In this document: positions 1 to 9,337 of the stretch, piece after piece | How the letters are laid out: every line of letters starts with the position of its first letter | How positions within the stretch are numbered: position 1 is the stretch's first letter | Virus record (IMG/VR): IMGVR_UViG_3300043756_000069 | Location: 1-48,103 of that record | Length of the DNA stretch: 48,103 bases | Direction: 5' to 3' (one strand) | Source of the DNA: a virus | Taxonomy: Duplodnaviria; Caudoviricetes | Position numbers and translations under genes: made by a program | The notes under the pieces: model-generated | What the model was told of the DNA's origin: nothing | Database searches by the model: none | What the model saw: the letters and a program-made list of their open reading frames with translations, nothing else

Positions 1-2
1 TG

Positions 3-845
3 CACTTGTGCAGCATGTAACTTCAATGCTGCTGCTGATGCGTTACCACCCATAGTAACGCCCATCTTCTCTGCTTCTGCACGTTCCTCAGCAAGTCCCT
101 TTGAACCTTGTGACAACATCGGCAATATCTGTTGCCAGTTCCTACCGAACAACTGTGTGGCAATTTTTGTTTTGTCCACACCAGCAGGCATAGCATTGAA
201 CTTGTCAATGACAATACCCAACATGTCATTCATGTTACCGCCATGTGCACGAACATCGTTCATGCTAATGCCAAGGTCTTTCATCACTGTGACACTACTT
301 GCTGTTCCTGCTTTGAATCCTGCTATCTGAGTAGCAGTGCTTTTCAGTGCAAGTGAGAACCCTCTCTGACTCACACCGTTCGCTGCTGAAACAGCTTCCC
401 ATGAAGCAGCATCCTTGACACTCATACCTGTCACTTGGTGTAGTGACTCAGATGACTTCGCTAGATCAGTTGTTGACTGGATAGCATCCTTGATTCCTTT
501 CACTGAAATGTAACCGGCTAGCATTCCACCAATTGTTCCCGCTGCACCACCGAACAATGGTTTCTTTGCAGTCTCCTGAATCTTTGACATGGCTTTGCCA
601 ATCGATCCACCTGATGACACTGCATGTTGTCCCATCAATGCAAGTGAAGTGACACCTTGTGTAGCGGCCATCCTGACACGACTAACTACACTGTCAACTT
701 TTCCGACTGAACTTGATGCTTGTGCACTACCCTCTTCTGCACTCTTACCAATGTTCTTTAGTGCAGCGCCAGCTTCCTTCGTTTGTGAAATGAAGGAAGC
801 AATGTTCTTGAGTGTGACAAGTATGCTTACTTCTTCGTCAGCCAT
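3..845 (-). CDS. Tape measure protein, 5' part (runs off the window edge)
   Basis: Translated by hand from ATG at 845: MADEEVSILVTLKNIASFISQTKEAGAALKNIGKSAEEG..., open to the edge, Ala/Gly-rich and helical; follows the tail chaperones. Absent from the ORF track because there is no stop in the window. Confidence 0.85.
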   Translation of the reverse strand, partial: MADEEVSILVTLKNIASFISQTKEAGAALKNIGKSAEEGSAQASSSVGKVDSVVSRVRMAATQGVTSLALMGQHAVSSGGSIGKAMSKIQETAKKPLFGGAAGTIGGMLAGYISVKGIKDAIQSTTDLAKSSESLHQVTGMSVKDAASWEAVSAANGVSQRGFSLALKSTATQIAGFKAGTASSVTVMKDLGISMNDVRAHGGNMNDMLGIVIDKFNAMPAGVDKTKIATQLFGRNWQQILPMLSQGSKGLAEERAEAEKMGVTMGGNASAAALKLHAAQV

Positions 846-1060
846 TAGGTGACCTTGAATGCATTAGACACTGCGTTGGCAATACGTATGGCTAGGTTAT
901 CGTCACGCTGATCTTGTAACCTGAATATCTCTTCCGTGACTGCTTGGTACAGTAACACTTCGAACTGACTACCTTGTAGAAAATCCATCACAGGTATACC
1001 AACGTACTGTGCTTTCGCAGCCTCAGTGAATTCAACCTCACTCTTGACTAACCTAAAAAA
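845..1060 (-). CDS. Tail assembly chaperone, -1 frame extension (gpGT-like)
   Basis: Open -1 frame (FFRLVKSEVEFTEAAKAQ...AFKVT*) starts at the slippery T TTT TTA (1060-1054); its TAA overlaps the tape measure ATG. Confidence 0.75.
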   Translation of the reverse strand, partial: FFRLVKSEVEFTEAAKAQYVGIPVMDFLQGSQFEVLLYQAVTEEIFRLQDQRDDNLAIRIANAVSNAFKVT

Positions 1061-1623
1061 TCCTCGTCCGCAGTGCGTGACTTATCTGTCAACCACTGTG
1101 ACAGTAAGACATTAGCCTGAATGATCTTGTGTTCAGAACCATACAGACCAATCACCACTTCACGTGGATCACTTGCATCGTAGTCAAGGATACGTGCAAG
1201 TTCGTCACTTCTGAAATTCACTTGATGATCTTTACTGATTGAAGTGACACCTTCTGCATATGTGCCATCTTCATTCAGCCAATCACCACTAGCGTATCTC
1301 TTTGCACGCTTGAGTACGTTCTTCGATGCCGCTATCAATGTGTCAAGTGACGAGAGTAAACTCACACCTTGACCGTTGACATTCTTTGTTTCACGTCGAA
1401 CTTCACGTGCAATTTTTTCAGTCACTTCTGAGGAAATGTACTGAAACTCTACTCCTAACATACCGTGGTAACCAGGTACGTCCATCACCTTTGTCTTACC
1501 GTATAGGTCAGCAGCATCGGCACGTAACTGACGTAGGTTACTGATGAGTGCCTGTTCATCCTCTTCACCAATGCCACCATTGGTCATAGAAGTAACGACA
1601 CCAGTAACTTCTTCATCTTCCAT
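1048..1623 (-). CDS. Tail assembly chaperone (gpG-like)
   Basis: Lies between tube and tape measure; ends at a slippery heptamer. Confidence 0.75.
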   Translation of the reverse strand: MEDEEVTGVVTSMTNGGIGEEDEQALISNLRQLRADAADLYGKTKVMDVPGYHGMLGVEFQYISSEVTEKIAREVRRETKNVNGQGVSLLSSLDTLIAASKNVLKRAKRYASGDWLNEDGTYAEGVTSISKDHQVNFRSDELARILDYDASDPREVVIGLYGSEHKIIQANVLLSQWLTDKSRTADEDFLG

Positions 1624-1636
1624 TGTGTTCCCCTTA

Positions 1637-2059
1637 CTACGAAGCGGTCAAACTGTTCAGATCGACCACCACCGAAATGATCGCTGCGTTGTTGTTGTTA
1701 CTGTCAACCTTTGGATCGGTAACTGTTTTCAAGATACCTGTTCCAATGATTGGGTTACCGTATGGTTGGTAACTCCTGTCCAGCGGTTGCTTCTGTAACC
1801 TGCACTGACCAATGCCACACTTGTCAAGCAGGAAACCGATGATGCCATTGTCACGTGCCAGTCGATAGTTACGTCCGATTGTCACGTCACCATAAGTGGT
1901 CGGTCCACCTAGTGACTCTTCATCAGGTTCACCACCACTGCGATACATGACACTGTTAGTGTCCTTGTCACCACCAGCCCATGTATCCCACACACCAAGG
2001 TCAGTACCGTCAACCTCAAGGTGCACAAGGAATAGCTGTTCACGTGTGCCGTCAGGCAT
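1637..2059 (-). CDS. Tail tube protein (T4 gp19/CIS-tube-like)
   Basis: 140 aa, directly after the sheath; Y-R-S-G-G...L-G-G...Y-G-D-V-T-I-G-R pattern. Confidence 0.8.
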   Translation of the reverse strand: MPDGTREQLFLVHLEVDGTDLGVWDTWAGGDKDTNSVMYRSGGEPDEESLGGPTTYGDVTIGRNYRLARDNGIIGFLLDKCGIGQCRLQKQPLDRSYQPYGNPIIGTGILKTVTDPKVDSNNNNAAIISVVVDLNSLTAS

Positions 2060-2072
2060 TACTCACTCCTTA

Positions 2073-3203
2073 CTACGATGTGGTTAGTGACTCAGTGATC
2101 GGTACCTTGGCAATGTTGATGATCACCTGTTCTGCCATGCTCGCAGTACGTAGACCAACGTTTGCTGACAGGATACCTTGTGCAAATGAATTGTCAGTGT
2201 TCACAGCAGGACCAGTGTCAACACTGAACGCTTCCTTACTTGTGTCACCATACAAGTCACCATTGTTGTAAAACTCCAAGCACACGTTGGAGATTGCACC
2301 AGCGTACTTCGCAGTGACACGTGCCATCGAGTCAAGCTTACTGAACACAAAGTTCTCAGCAGTGATATTCAGTGCTGACTTGATTGCCATGATGGTACGT
2401 GAACCATTGAACATGGTCCAGTTCTGATCCTGAATTTGATCAGCAAGTGAACGCCAACCGTAAGTACGTACTCCCATCTGTACCATTCGACTGACATTGA
2501 CACTTGCTTCATTCAACGTCTGACGGTCATCATCAGTCCACGGTGGCTGTGACAGTCCTTGAATGTATTTGGCAATACCATTCACACCAGATGCAGGATC
2601 ACCAGATGACAAACCTGATGCATCGTTACGTGCAAGGTTACCAGCAATACGTGCAGTCGGAGGAACAGTACGTGTTGTACCTGGTACCAAACCAGGTGCA
2701 ACGTCCCACGGTGCAAACATTGCACTGAACCTGTCACCGTGCAAGTTAGCCACACCAGTGATCTTACCTGCTGCTGTAACTAGATCAGCAACAACAGCAG
2801 TGTCAGGTGCATCCAACAGTGCAATACGTCCTATCGCTGTTAGTTCAGCAAGTGCAAGGTGAACATCGTCACTTGTCTCACCAAATGCAGTAAGTGTACC
2901 TGGACCATAGTCAGGTACAAACTGTGTCGCTGCTTCCGCAATGTCACTGTCAGTACCAGTCATCGGCACTGACGCAACATATGCACGGAATCCACCTTCA
3001 CGGAAGTAAGTCTGTACACCGTCCCACAGTGAACCTCCGGGTTGACGTTCACCGAACAGTGTAGTGAACTGGTCAATTGAATACACCAGTCCAAAGTCTT
3101 CCTTCTCCGCTTTACCTACAGCAAATAGTGTGGCAATGTCAACATACTGCTGACCACCTGGTGGTGTGTCAATGATGTTGACTTGGTAACCTGGTAATGG
3201 CAC
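2073..3203 (-). CDS. Contractile tail sheath protein
   Basis: N-terminal LPG-Y-V; 'YFREGG', 'ALLDAP', 'VPPTARIAG', 'GVRTYGWRSL' and C-terminal 'AEQVIINI' sheath motifs. Confidence 0.9.
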   Translation of the reverse strand: MPLPGYQVNIIDTPPGGQQYVDIATLFAVGKAEKEDFGLVYSIDQFTTLFGERQPGGSLWDGVQTYFREGGFRAYVASVPMTGTDSDIAEAATQFVPDYGPGTLTAFGETSDDVHLALAELTAIGRIALLDAPDTAVVADLVTAAGKITGVANLHGDRFSAMFAPWDVAPGLVPGTTRTVPPTARIAGNLARNDASGLSSGDPASGVNGIAKYIQGLSQPPWTDDDRQTLNEASVNVSRMVQMGVRTYGWRSLADQIQDQNWTMFNGSRTIMAIKSALNITAENFVFSKLDSMARVTAKYAGAISNVCLEFYNNGDLYGDTSKEAFSVDTGPAVNTDNSFAQGILSANVGLRTASMAEQVIINIAKVPITESLTTS

Positions 3204-3869
3204 CTACTCACCATCCTCATCGAGTTTGTGAACAGTGTACGTTTTCTCAGTAATCTCTGGGAACTGAGTAAGTACGTCATACGGATTAGGTGGAATAAGC
3301 TTGTTACCCCACAAGTCACTAAATCCCTGAAAGACGTTCATCACATCTTCCACTTCAACTGTGAAAACTAATCTGACTGATGACACCATCTGTTCAAGAA
3401 TGGGATTCCAGTCATCATACCTTTCATCATTCCAGTCAACACCAGATGCCCAACCACTCAACTCAGGCATCTGTTGCATTATCAAACGAATTGCAGCACC
3501 GTAGTAACCTGACAAGTCCTTTGCATCCTGGTCAGTACGTGCAGCGCAAACAGCGCCAATTGCTATCAACCACCATGCTCGCACGTTACCTTCATTGTCA
3601 CGTTGCGGTACTCTACCAGGACTGATACCTGCTGACACTACTGCCACGAATGGCATAGTGTCCTGTGGGTGACGTGCAAAGTTCTGTTCAACTCTCCATG
3701 ACTTTGGTGTAGGTATGAACTCCTTTGGTAGTCCGTGGTAACGCTCCATTGCAGCAAGGTAAGGAATCATCCAGTCCTGTAAGTGCTTGAGTACATTACG
3801 TTCAACTGTCCGTCTATCAACTACACTAGTGATAGTGCAGTAAACGTCAGGTGTTTCGTCAATACTCAC
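3204..3869 (-). CDS. Tail terminator/neck protein (putative)
   Basis: Lies immediately upstream of the sheath; 221 aa. Confidence 0.5.
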   Translation of the reverse strand: MSIDETPDVYCTITSVVDRRTVERNVLKHLQDWMIPYLAAMERYHGLPKEFIPTPKSWRVEQNFARHPQDTMPFVAVVSAGISPGRVPQRDNEGNVRAWWLIAIGAVCAARTDQDAKDLSGYYGAAIRLIMQQMPELSGWASGVDWNDERYDDWNPILEQMVSSVRLVFTVEVEDVMNVFQGFSDLWGNKLIPPNPYDVLTQFPEITEKTYTVHKLDEDGE

Positions 3870-4339
3870 TTGAATTCACCTGTAACAATGTATTCCTGCA
3901 CTGCTCTTGCAATGTTCCTACGTTCACCTTCTGGTAACTGCACGACACGACGTTGTGGTAGATGTGTACTCGGTGAGCCTGCTTGGTGAATACCAGCGTA
4001 GTACACAGTGGTACCGTAACGTAAGTAGTCACTGCTTACGTCAGCTACCGATCCAGCACCACCACCAGTAAGTGAGTTGTACAGTAAGTCAGTTGCACGT
4101 AAGACTCCATTGTCAACTTCCCTACGCTGCTTACTTTCGATAGTAGATATCGCTAGTGGCGTCCAGCCACCTGAACCGTAAGCACCTTCACTCTCAAACT
4201 GTAACTTCTCCACATCTTGAAGTTCCTTCACCAGTTTCTCAAACAGTGGTTGAAGGTTACTGGCATTCTCAGACAACCGTAAAAAGGTACGGTCAATCTG
4301 TGTCTCACCGAGAACTTCAATAGTGAAACGAAGTGGCAT
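3866..4339 (-). CDS. Virion morphogenesis/tail completion protein (Mu gpG/P2 S-like)
   Basis: 'QFESEG...W.PL...T...L..SL...YGT.V.YA.IHQ.G...LPQR' pattern. Confidence 0.75.
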   Translation of the reverse strand: MPLRFTIEVLGETQIDRTFLRLSENASNLQPLFEKLVKELQDVEKLQFESEGAYGSGGWTPLAISTIESKQRREVDNGVLRATDLLYNSLTGGGAGSVADVSSDYLRYGTTVYYAGIHQAGSPSTHLPQRRVVQLPEGERRNIARAVQEYIVTGEFK

Positions 4340-4340
4340 G

Positions 4341-4544
4341 TTACTTTCTCAACAGTGAACCTGGTTGTGCATGTGGAAAGCCACTCGGCCAACTGCCAGC
4401 AGGCACACCAGGTTGTTCACCTGGAACCATTGCAGGGTAAGGTTCATCTTCTGGATGAGGTTGTTCTGTTGGTTCTGGTGTAACTGGTTCAGGTTCAGTT
4501 ACAGGTTCAGGTTCTGTCTGTGGTTCTTGTGGTTCTGTTTCCAT
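4341..4544 (-). CDS. Small Pro/Glu-rich hypothetical protein
   Basis: AGGAAAAGGA upstream of ATG 4544 (METEPQEPQTEPEP...); collinear with the operon. Confidence 0.5.
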   Translation of the reverse strand: METEPQEPQTEPEPVTEPEPVTPEPTEQPHPEDEPYPAMVPGEQPGVPAGSWPSGFPHAQPGSLLRK

Positions 4545-4576
4545 TACTGTTTTCCTTTTCCTTGGTTGTGTCACCC

Positions 4577-5047
4577 TTACCACCTTCGTTGTGGATGCTC
4601 CCAAACAATAGGTGAAGGAAAACCACCACCTAGTGAATTCCAGTTAGTTTGAAATTCATCCATTGGTGGTTCACCTTCCTCTATTCCACCTGCCATCGCT
4701 GTGATTAGTGCATTCTCCTTCGCGTTGAAACGTGTCATCAGTTTGTCATACATCGAGTTTGTTGCTGCTGCTTGTTCCGGCCAGTAACTAAGTTCAACGT
4801 TTGCTGCTGCAAGCAACACAACCAAAGTACGTGCAGCTTCATAGTATTCACTTGTGAGTGGTGCGTCAGGTGCAATGTCAGCAGTTACTTCATTCGCTGC
4901 TTCTTCAATCAGACCTTGCACATCTTCTGCTGTCGGTAGTGTATCGTCAGTGAAATCTCTTACTAGGTCACCTGCTTGGTTACGTGTTCTTGCACGGAGC
5001 ATCCTTGCAATGTCCTGCACCGTAGGAGTGTAATCACTGACAGACAT
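4577..5047 (-). CDS. Head-to-tail adaptor
   Basis: 'YTPTVQDIA..LR.RT...F...T.PT..DV..LI..A' pattern typical of actinophage adaptors; synteny. Confidence 0.65.
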   Translation of the reverse strand: MSVSDYTPTVQDIARMLRARTRNQAGDLVRDFTDDTLPTAEDVQGLIEEAANEVTADIAPDAPLTSEYYEAARTLVVLLAAANVELSYWPEQAAATNSMYDKLMTRFNAKENALITAMAGGIEEGEPPMDEFQTNWNSLGGGFPSPIVWEHPQRRW

Positions 5048-5052
5048 TACCG

Positions 5053-5583
5053 TTACTCCTGTTGTTGACTTCTCCTTACTACTGCTTCAAGTCCCATGAT
5101 CACACCTTTACGTGGATCGTTACCTGTTGCAGCAGCTTCCGCAGCAAGTAACCTCGCTGCTGTTTCAGCGTCACCTTCTGACGCATCAATTACTTCTTGC
5201 ACACGTGGACCTTTGTCTTTGATCCAAGTGATTAGTTCAGTGTCAGTTGCATCCGCTGCACTGAACTGTAACTCACTTCCAGTCTCGACAGGTATTTCAC
5301 TACCTGTCAACACTGCAAGGTTCTGGTTACCACGTAAGAATGCGCCTAACCTTGTGCCACGTGCAAACTCAAGTGGTAACACATCGATCACATCACCAAC
5401 ATGTGCAGTGTGATCTTCTGCAATTATCCTGTCAGGTTCATAAGGGTGCTCTGCTTCTATGCGATACGGAAACGCACGTGCAGAGACAGTTACTTTTTTC
5501 AGTTTCTTACCTGTTAGTGACTCACCTGCTTCCTCAAAGATAACGTCATTCGTTGAAGGTTTCGTTGTCCTAGCCTGTGGCAC
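5053..5583 (-). CDS. Hypothetical virion-region protein
   Basis: Between capsid and adaptor; C-terminal 'AARLLAAE....PRKGV...L' helical module. Confidence 0.55.
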   Translation of the reverse strand: MPQARTTKPSTNDVIFEEAGESLTGKKLKKVTVSARAFPYRIEAEHPYEPDRIIAEDHTAHVGDVIDVLPLEFARGTRLGAFLRGNQNLAVLTGSEIPVETGSELQFSAADATDTELITWIKDKGPRVQEVIDASEGDAETAARLLAAEAAATGNDPRKGVIMGLEAVVRRSQQQE

Positions 5584-5618
5584 TAATATTCCCCTTGTTT
5601 TTCTGCCGACAGGACTTA

Positions 5619-6638
5619 CTAACCTGCAAGTCCTGTCGCTTGCAGGATTGAGTACGGGTTAGTCACATACATGACTGGCCGCACACTTGTCTGTGACCAT
5701 GTGCGTTCCGTTTCAGGTTCACGCCATGTCTCAGTACCGAGTGGCTTTTCCACTCTCATTTCACCAACCTGTCCTTCTTGCACAAAGTAAATTGTGCCAG
5801 CAGGAACACGATTGGAAACGTAAATGGACTTACCGATGAATGTCAGGAAGTCAGCAAGTGACTGTGCACCATAAATGGTGGACATGTTTGCATACTCCTG
5901 TGGATTCATCAGAACCAGGTTGAACACAACACCTAGTTCATCCTGCTCAGCAAGTAAGTCAGCTTCCGCAAAGTCACGGAGTGGATACTGCTGTGCAGTT
6001 GATGCACTGGTACCAGCAGTGACAACTGCTGTCCAGTCACGACCAACGAATGTACGGTTGAATCCAGTAACCGCTGCATTCATTTCTGCGATTGCACGTG
6101 CGTTGATCTTACGCACGACAGTGTTACCAACCTGTCGCATCAAACGCATGAACAGGATAGTGTTATTACGGTCACGTGCTTCATCCGTAATGAACACTTT
6201 GCCACCCCACTTCTCAACAGAGGCAACTTTCGGGATAAGTTGCACACCAGTGAGGATTGGGAACTCGGCACCTGGTGACACACGTTCAACGTCACGTGCA
6301 GCGTACAGTTCATTCCATGTAGCCTGATCGTAAATCACTGCACCACCAGTGACACCACCTGCTGATGCAAAGATACGGTCAGCGATGAAACGCTGTTGTG
6401 TCAAGTCCATGATCATCCGTGTGATACGTGTTGGTTGGTTCAACATCATATCCACAGTGATCAGTGTACCTGACACTGTTGGTGGTCCGAGCGGATGAGT
6501 GACAGGTGCTTCCACCATCGGTGGTGGAGTAACAGCAACGATGCCACTGTCATTAGCTGCTGCAATTGCATCAGCATCACGACGTGCCGCAATACGATGA
6601 CCAGCGCGAATAAGGTGACTATTCTTCACTGTTATCAC
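5619..6638 (-). CDS. Major capsid protein
   Basis: 339 aa after the protease and decoration genes; 'V.PG.EFP', 'KWGGK..ITDEARDRN' motifs. Confidence 0.85.
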   Translation of the reverse strand: MITVKNSHLIRAGHRIAARRDADAIAAANDSGIVAVTPPPMVEAPVTHPLGPPTVSGTLITVDMMLNQPTRITRMIMDLTQQRFIADRIFASAGGVTGGAVIYDQATWNELYAARDVERVSPGAEFPILTGVQLIPKVASVEKWGGKVFITDEARDRNNTILFMRLMRQVGNTVVRKINARAIAEMNAAVTGFNRTFVGRDWTAVVTAGTSASTAQQYPLRDFAEADLLAEQDELGVVFNLVLMNPQEYANMSTIYGAQSLADFLTFIGKSIYVSNRVPAGTIYFVQEGQVGEMRVEKPLGTETWREPETERTWSQTSVRPVMYVTNPYSILQATGLAG

Positions 6639-7060
6639 CCACCCACACCAGTCGCGAACAATGCAACACCTACGTCAGCACCAGATACACCAGTGTCAAC
6701 TGCTTGACCACCACCTGTACCTGTTACTGCAACACCTGCTGCACCTGCACCAACTTCTGCACCTGCTGTGATCGCACCACCAGCAGATACAGGAACAATC
6801 TTTGGTGCACGGTAAACTGTCACAAGATCACCTTGTGCACAGTCATGTGCCGCAACACCAAAGACAGGATCACCAGCACCACACGGTGCAACAGTGATGT
6901 TACCGCCGACGATAGCATCACTTACACCTTGACGTGGATTACCTGCTTGACGTGCACCACTGATTTTGACGAATCGCTTACCTGTCACAGCAGCACTTGC
7001 GTAACAAGTAACCTCATCACCCTGATCGTAGTAAGGGGTTGCGAGGTTAGCGGGACTCAC
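6635..7060 (-). CDS. Capsid decoration/cement protein (DUF2190-like)
   Basis: Gly/Ala-rich; 'AAVTGKRFV', 'FGVAAHD', 'V.AGGAITAG.EV'. Confidence 0.75.
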   Translation of the reverse strand: MSPANLATPYYDQGDEVTCYASAAVTGKRFVKISGARQAGNPRQGVSDAIVGGNITVAPCGAGDPVFGVAAHDCAQGDLVTVYRAPKIVPVSAGGAITAGAEVGAGAAGVAVTGTGGGQAVDTGVSGADVGVALFATGVGG

Positions 7061-7062
7061 TG

Positions 7063-9033
7063 TCAGTCACCCCCTTGCACTACCATAGGAGTTGGTACAT
7101 CACCATTGTGAATCTGTCCCGCTGCTTTGATACGGTGACGTTCACTGGTGGTAAGCCATGACGGATCATAGGCTTGTGCACTGACACCACCGTCAACCGT
7201 TTCATCCTTACCAGTACCAGCAGTACCACGTGCTTCGACTGGCACCAATCCAGGTGCAAGTGACTCAATCAAACCCTTGGTACCTTCTGGATCAGCTTTC
7301 CATGCTGACAGGTAATGTTCCTTACGTGACGGTGGGAACTTACCTGCTTTGATTGCACTGTTCAGAAACTCGTCACGTTCACTGTCACGTGTACGTGCCG
7401 CTAGTTCTGCACCTTGCCTTGCCTGTCCAGCAACTTCATCCCATGTTGCCTTGTCAACAACAATGGTACCGTCAGGCAAATTCACTTTTGCCGCAGTAGG
7501 AATGCGTCCTGCTTCCTCAGTTGAAGTGATAGCGGTTGTATGACTTTCCTTGTCACCATCCTTGTTCTCACCACTACCACTTTCACCTTCCGACGCGAGA
7601 AGTGCTTTCACCACAACCTGACTTACTGCTTCGTCACTAGCATCATCAGGTAACTGCTCAGCAGTGAGTCCCAACTTCTCGCGCAGTGATTTCGCTTCAC
7701 CAGCATTGAGTGTCATCAATACTCCTGGTCGCGATTCTGCACGGACAGTGTACATGACCTTTGGTGTCTCGTCAGTAATAGACGCTGCGACAGATGCACG
7801 TATCGCTGCACCAATTGCTGACTTGATAGGTTGGTCAACGTACTGAATTTTCACAGGGACAGAATCAGTGAAGTTGATACTGTCACCTTTCGTAGTGAAC
7901 GCTACGCGATATAAACCTCCCTCGTCATCGTCAACGATTAGTTCGTTGGGATCAAAGTAAATGGCACGAATCCACCACCACATCTGTTGACTGGATAGTG
8001 AATCGTAGTAACTGCGACGAACATCATCCAAGTTCACTTGTCCAGTTATCTTGGATGCTTTCGTACCCTTCTTCACCTTTGGCTTGTCACCACTGTTCAG
8101 CATGTGATCTTCACTTGCTGCCAGTTTGGTAAGTGAATCCGGCGGGTCTTCCTTGAGTGAATTCTTGTAAATATTCACCAGTGTAGTTGCTGCTGCTTTC
8201 GCTGCTGCATCACAACCACCTGTAACCTGATTGATCCTACCTGCTGCATTGTGACATGCTGCACGGTTGATCGTTCCATCAGGTTCTCTTACTGGCAATG
8301 AATAACGCTGTTTGGCAGGTTTGTCACTCCAATCTGCACTGCACTTGTTACGATCATAGATCGCTGCACGTGCATACTGTGCATCGTCGAAAGCAGAGTT
8401 AGGAAAGTCAGACCACGGTTTCTCACTTACTGATTCTGCCATGATCTGACTAGCATGAATCACTGACATTGGTTCACCTTCTGCTGCTTCAACAACTTGA
8501 ACGTTGTCTGGACCTTCCTCAGTGAACAGTTGTGGAAGGTCATCTAGCGTAGTAACACCAGGACCGACAACACCTAGCAAAGCAACAGCATCAATTGACA
8601 GTGACCACTTCTTACCTGTCACCGTTTCAACATCGAAGTTACCTTCAACTGAACGGTTCGGATATGCAGTGGACATGATCGCTGCTAACCACTTAGGTAC
8701 ACCAACAATGTCACCGACAACTGTCTGTCCATTGTCAGTCAATCGTAAGTTCTGCCACGTACCTAGTGACGGTTCACCGTCAAACTTCACACCGTCAGGT
8801 GTTTCACTTGCATTGAAGCGAGGATCACTATGACCAATCTTTGTACGTGGCGGATGAATGGCAGGATCATCCTGACTGGTAACTAAATCCTGCAAGTGCT
8901 GTTCGGTGAAAGTAAGCAGTCCCGTGCTAGTCGGATAATCAATACCCGTACTAATCATCGGGACGTTAGGGACAGTGACTAGTTCACTGATACCCTCAGC
9001 GGTCATCGCTTTTGCAATGATGCCTTTAGTCAC
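7063..9033 (-). CDS. Capsid maturation protease-scaffold fusion (Mu gpI-like)
   Basis: GTG start at 9033 after AGGAAGGA; N-terminal 'K.GH.D', 'YPNRSVE', 'AVALLG..PGV'; C-terminal scaffold-like 'AIKAGKFPP.R'. Confidence 0.75.
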   Translation of the reverse strand: MTKGIIAKAMTAEGISELVTVPNVPMISTGIDYPTSTGLLTFTEQHLQDLVTSQDDPAIHPPRTKIGHSDPRFNASETPDGVKFDGEPSLGTWQNLRLTDNGQTVVGDIVGVPKWLAAIMSTAYPNRSVEGNFDVETVTGKKWSLSIDAVALLGVVGPGVTTLDDLPQLFTEEGPDNVQVVEAAEGEPMSVIHASQIMAESVSEKPWSDFPNSAFDDAQYARAAIYDRNKCSADWSDKPAKQRYSLPVREPDGTINRAACHNAAGRINQVTGGCDAAAKAAATTLVNIYKNSLKEDPPDSLTKLAASEDHMLNSGDKPKVKKGTKASKITGQVNLDDVRRSYYDSLSSQQMWWWIRAIYFDPNELIVDDDEGGLYRVAFTTKGDSINFTDSVPVKIQYVDQPIKSAIGAAIRASVAASITDETPKVMYTVRAESRPGVLMTLNAGEAKSLREKLGLTAEQLPDDASDEAVSQVVVKALLASEGESGSGENKDGDKESHTTAITSTEEAGRIPTAAKVNLPDGTIVVDKATWDEVAGQARQGAELAARTRDSERDEFLNSAIKAGKFPPSRKEHYLSAWKADPEGTKGLIESLAPGLVPVEARGTAGTGKDETVDGGVSAQAYDPSWLTTSERHRIKAAGQIHNGDVPTPMVVQGGD

Positions 9034-9046
9034 TGTGTCATCCTTC

Positions 9047-9337
9047 CTAGTAACTTTTGTCCAGTGGTGATTTACCAACACCGTACTTGCCTGCTTTTTT
9101 ATTGTCGTCTATCTGCTGTCTTACCTTCCTTCCTAGTGGTGAATTCCAATCGAGAACAGTTGCTTGCGGTTTACCTTTGGTAAGTTCTTCAAACCTTTTC
9201 TGTGCAGCTTCTTGTTCCTCTGGTGTAGGTTGTGACACAATGAAAATCTGATCCGCTTCTGTCCAAGTGAACTTACTTTCACGATCACTCGTTGCGTCAC
9301 TTGTCTTTTCACTATCTGGTTCTTTTGGATCAGCCAT
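9047..9337 (-). CDS. Hypothetical protein; candidate immunity protein for the upstream toxin domain
   Basis: ATG at 9337 lies just inside the 3' end of the portal-toxin fusion gene (stop 9330-9332). Confidence 0.5.
   Translation of the reverse strand: MADPKEPDSEKTSDATSDRESKFTWTEADQIFIVSQPTPEEQEAAQKRFEELTKGKPQATVLDWNSPLGRKVRQQIDDNKKAGKYGVGKSPLDKSY

Noticed and set aside
1637-3203. Extracellular contractile injection system or tailocin
   Set aside because: Capsid, portal, terminase and replication genes are present, so this is a complete phage.
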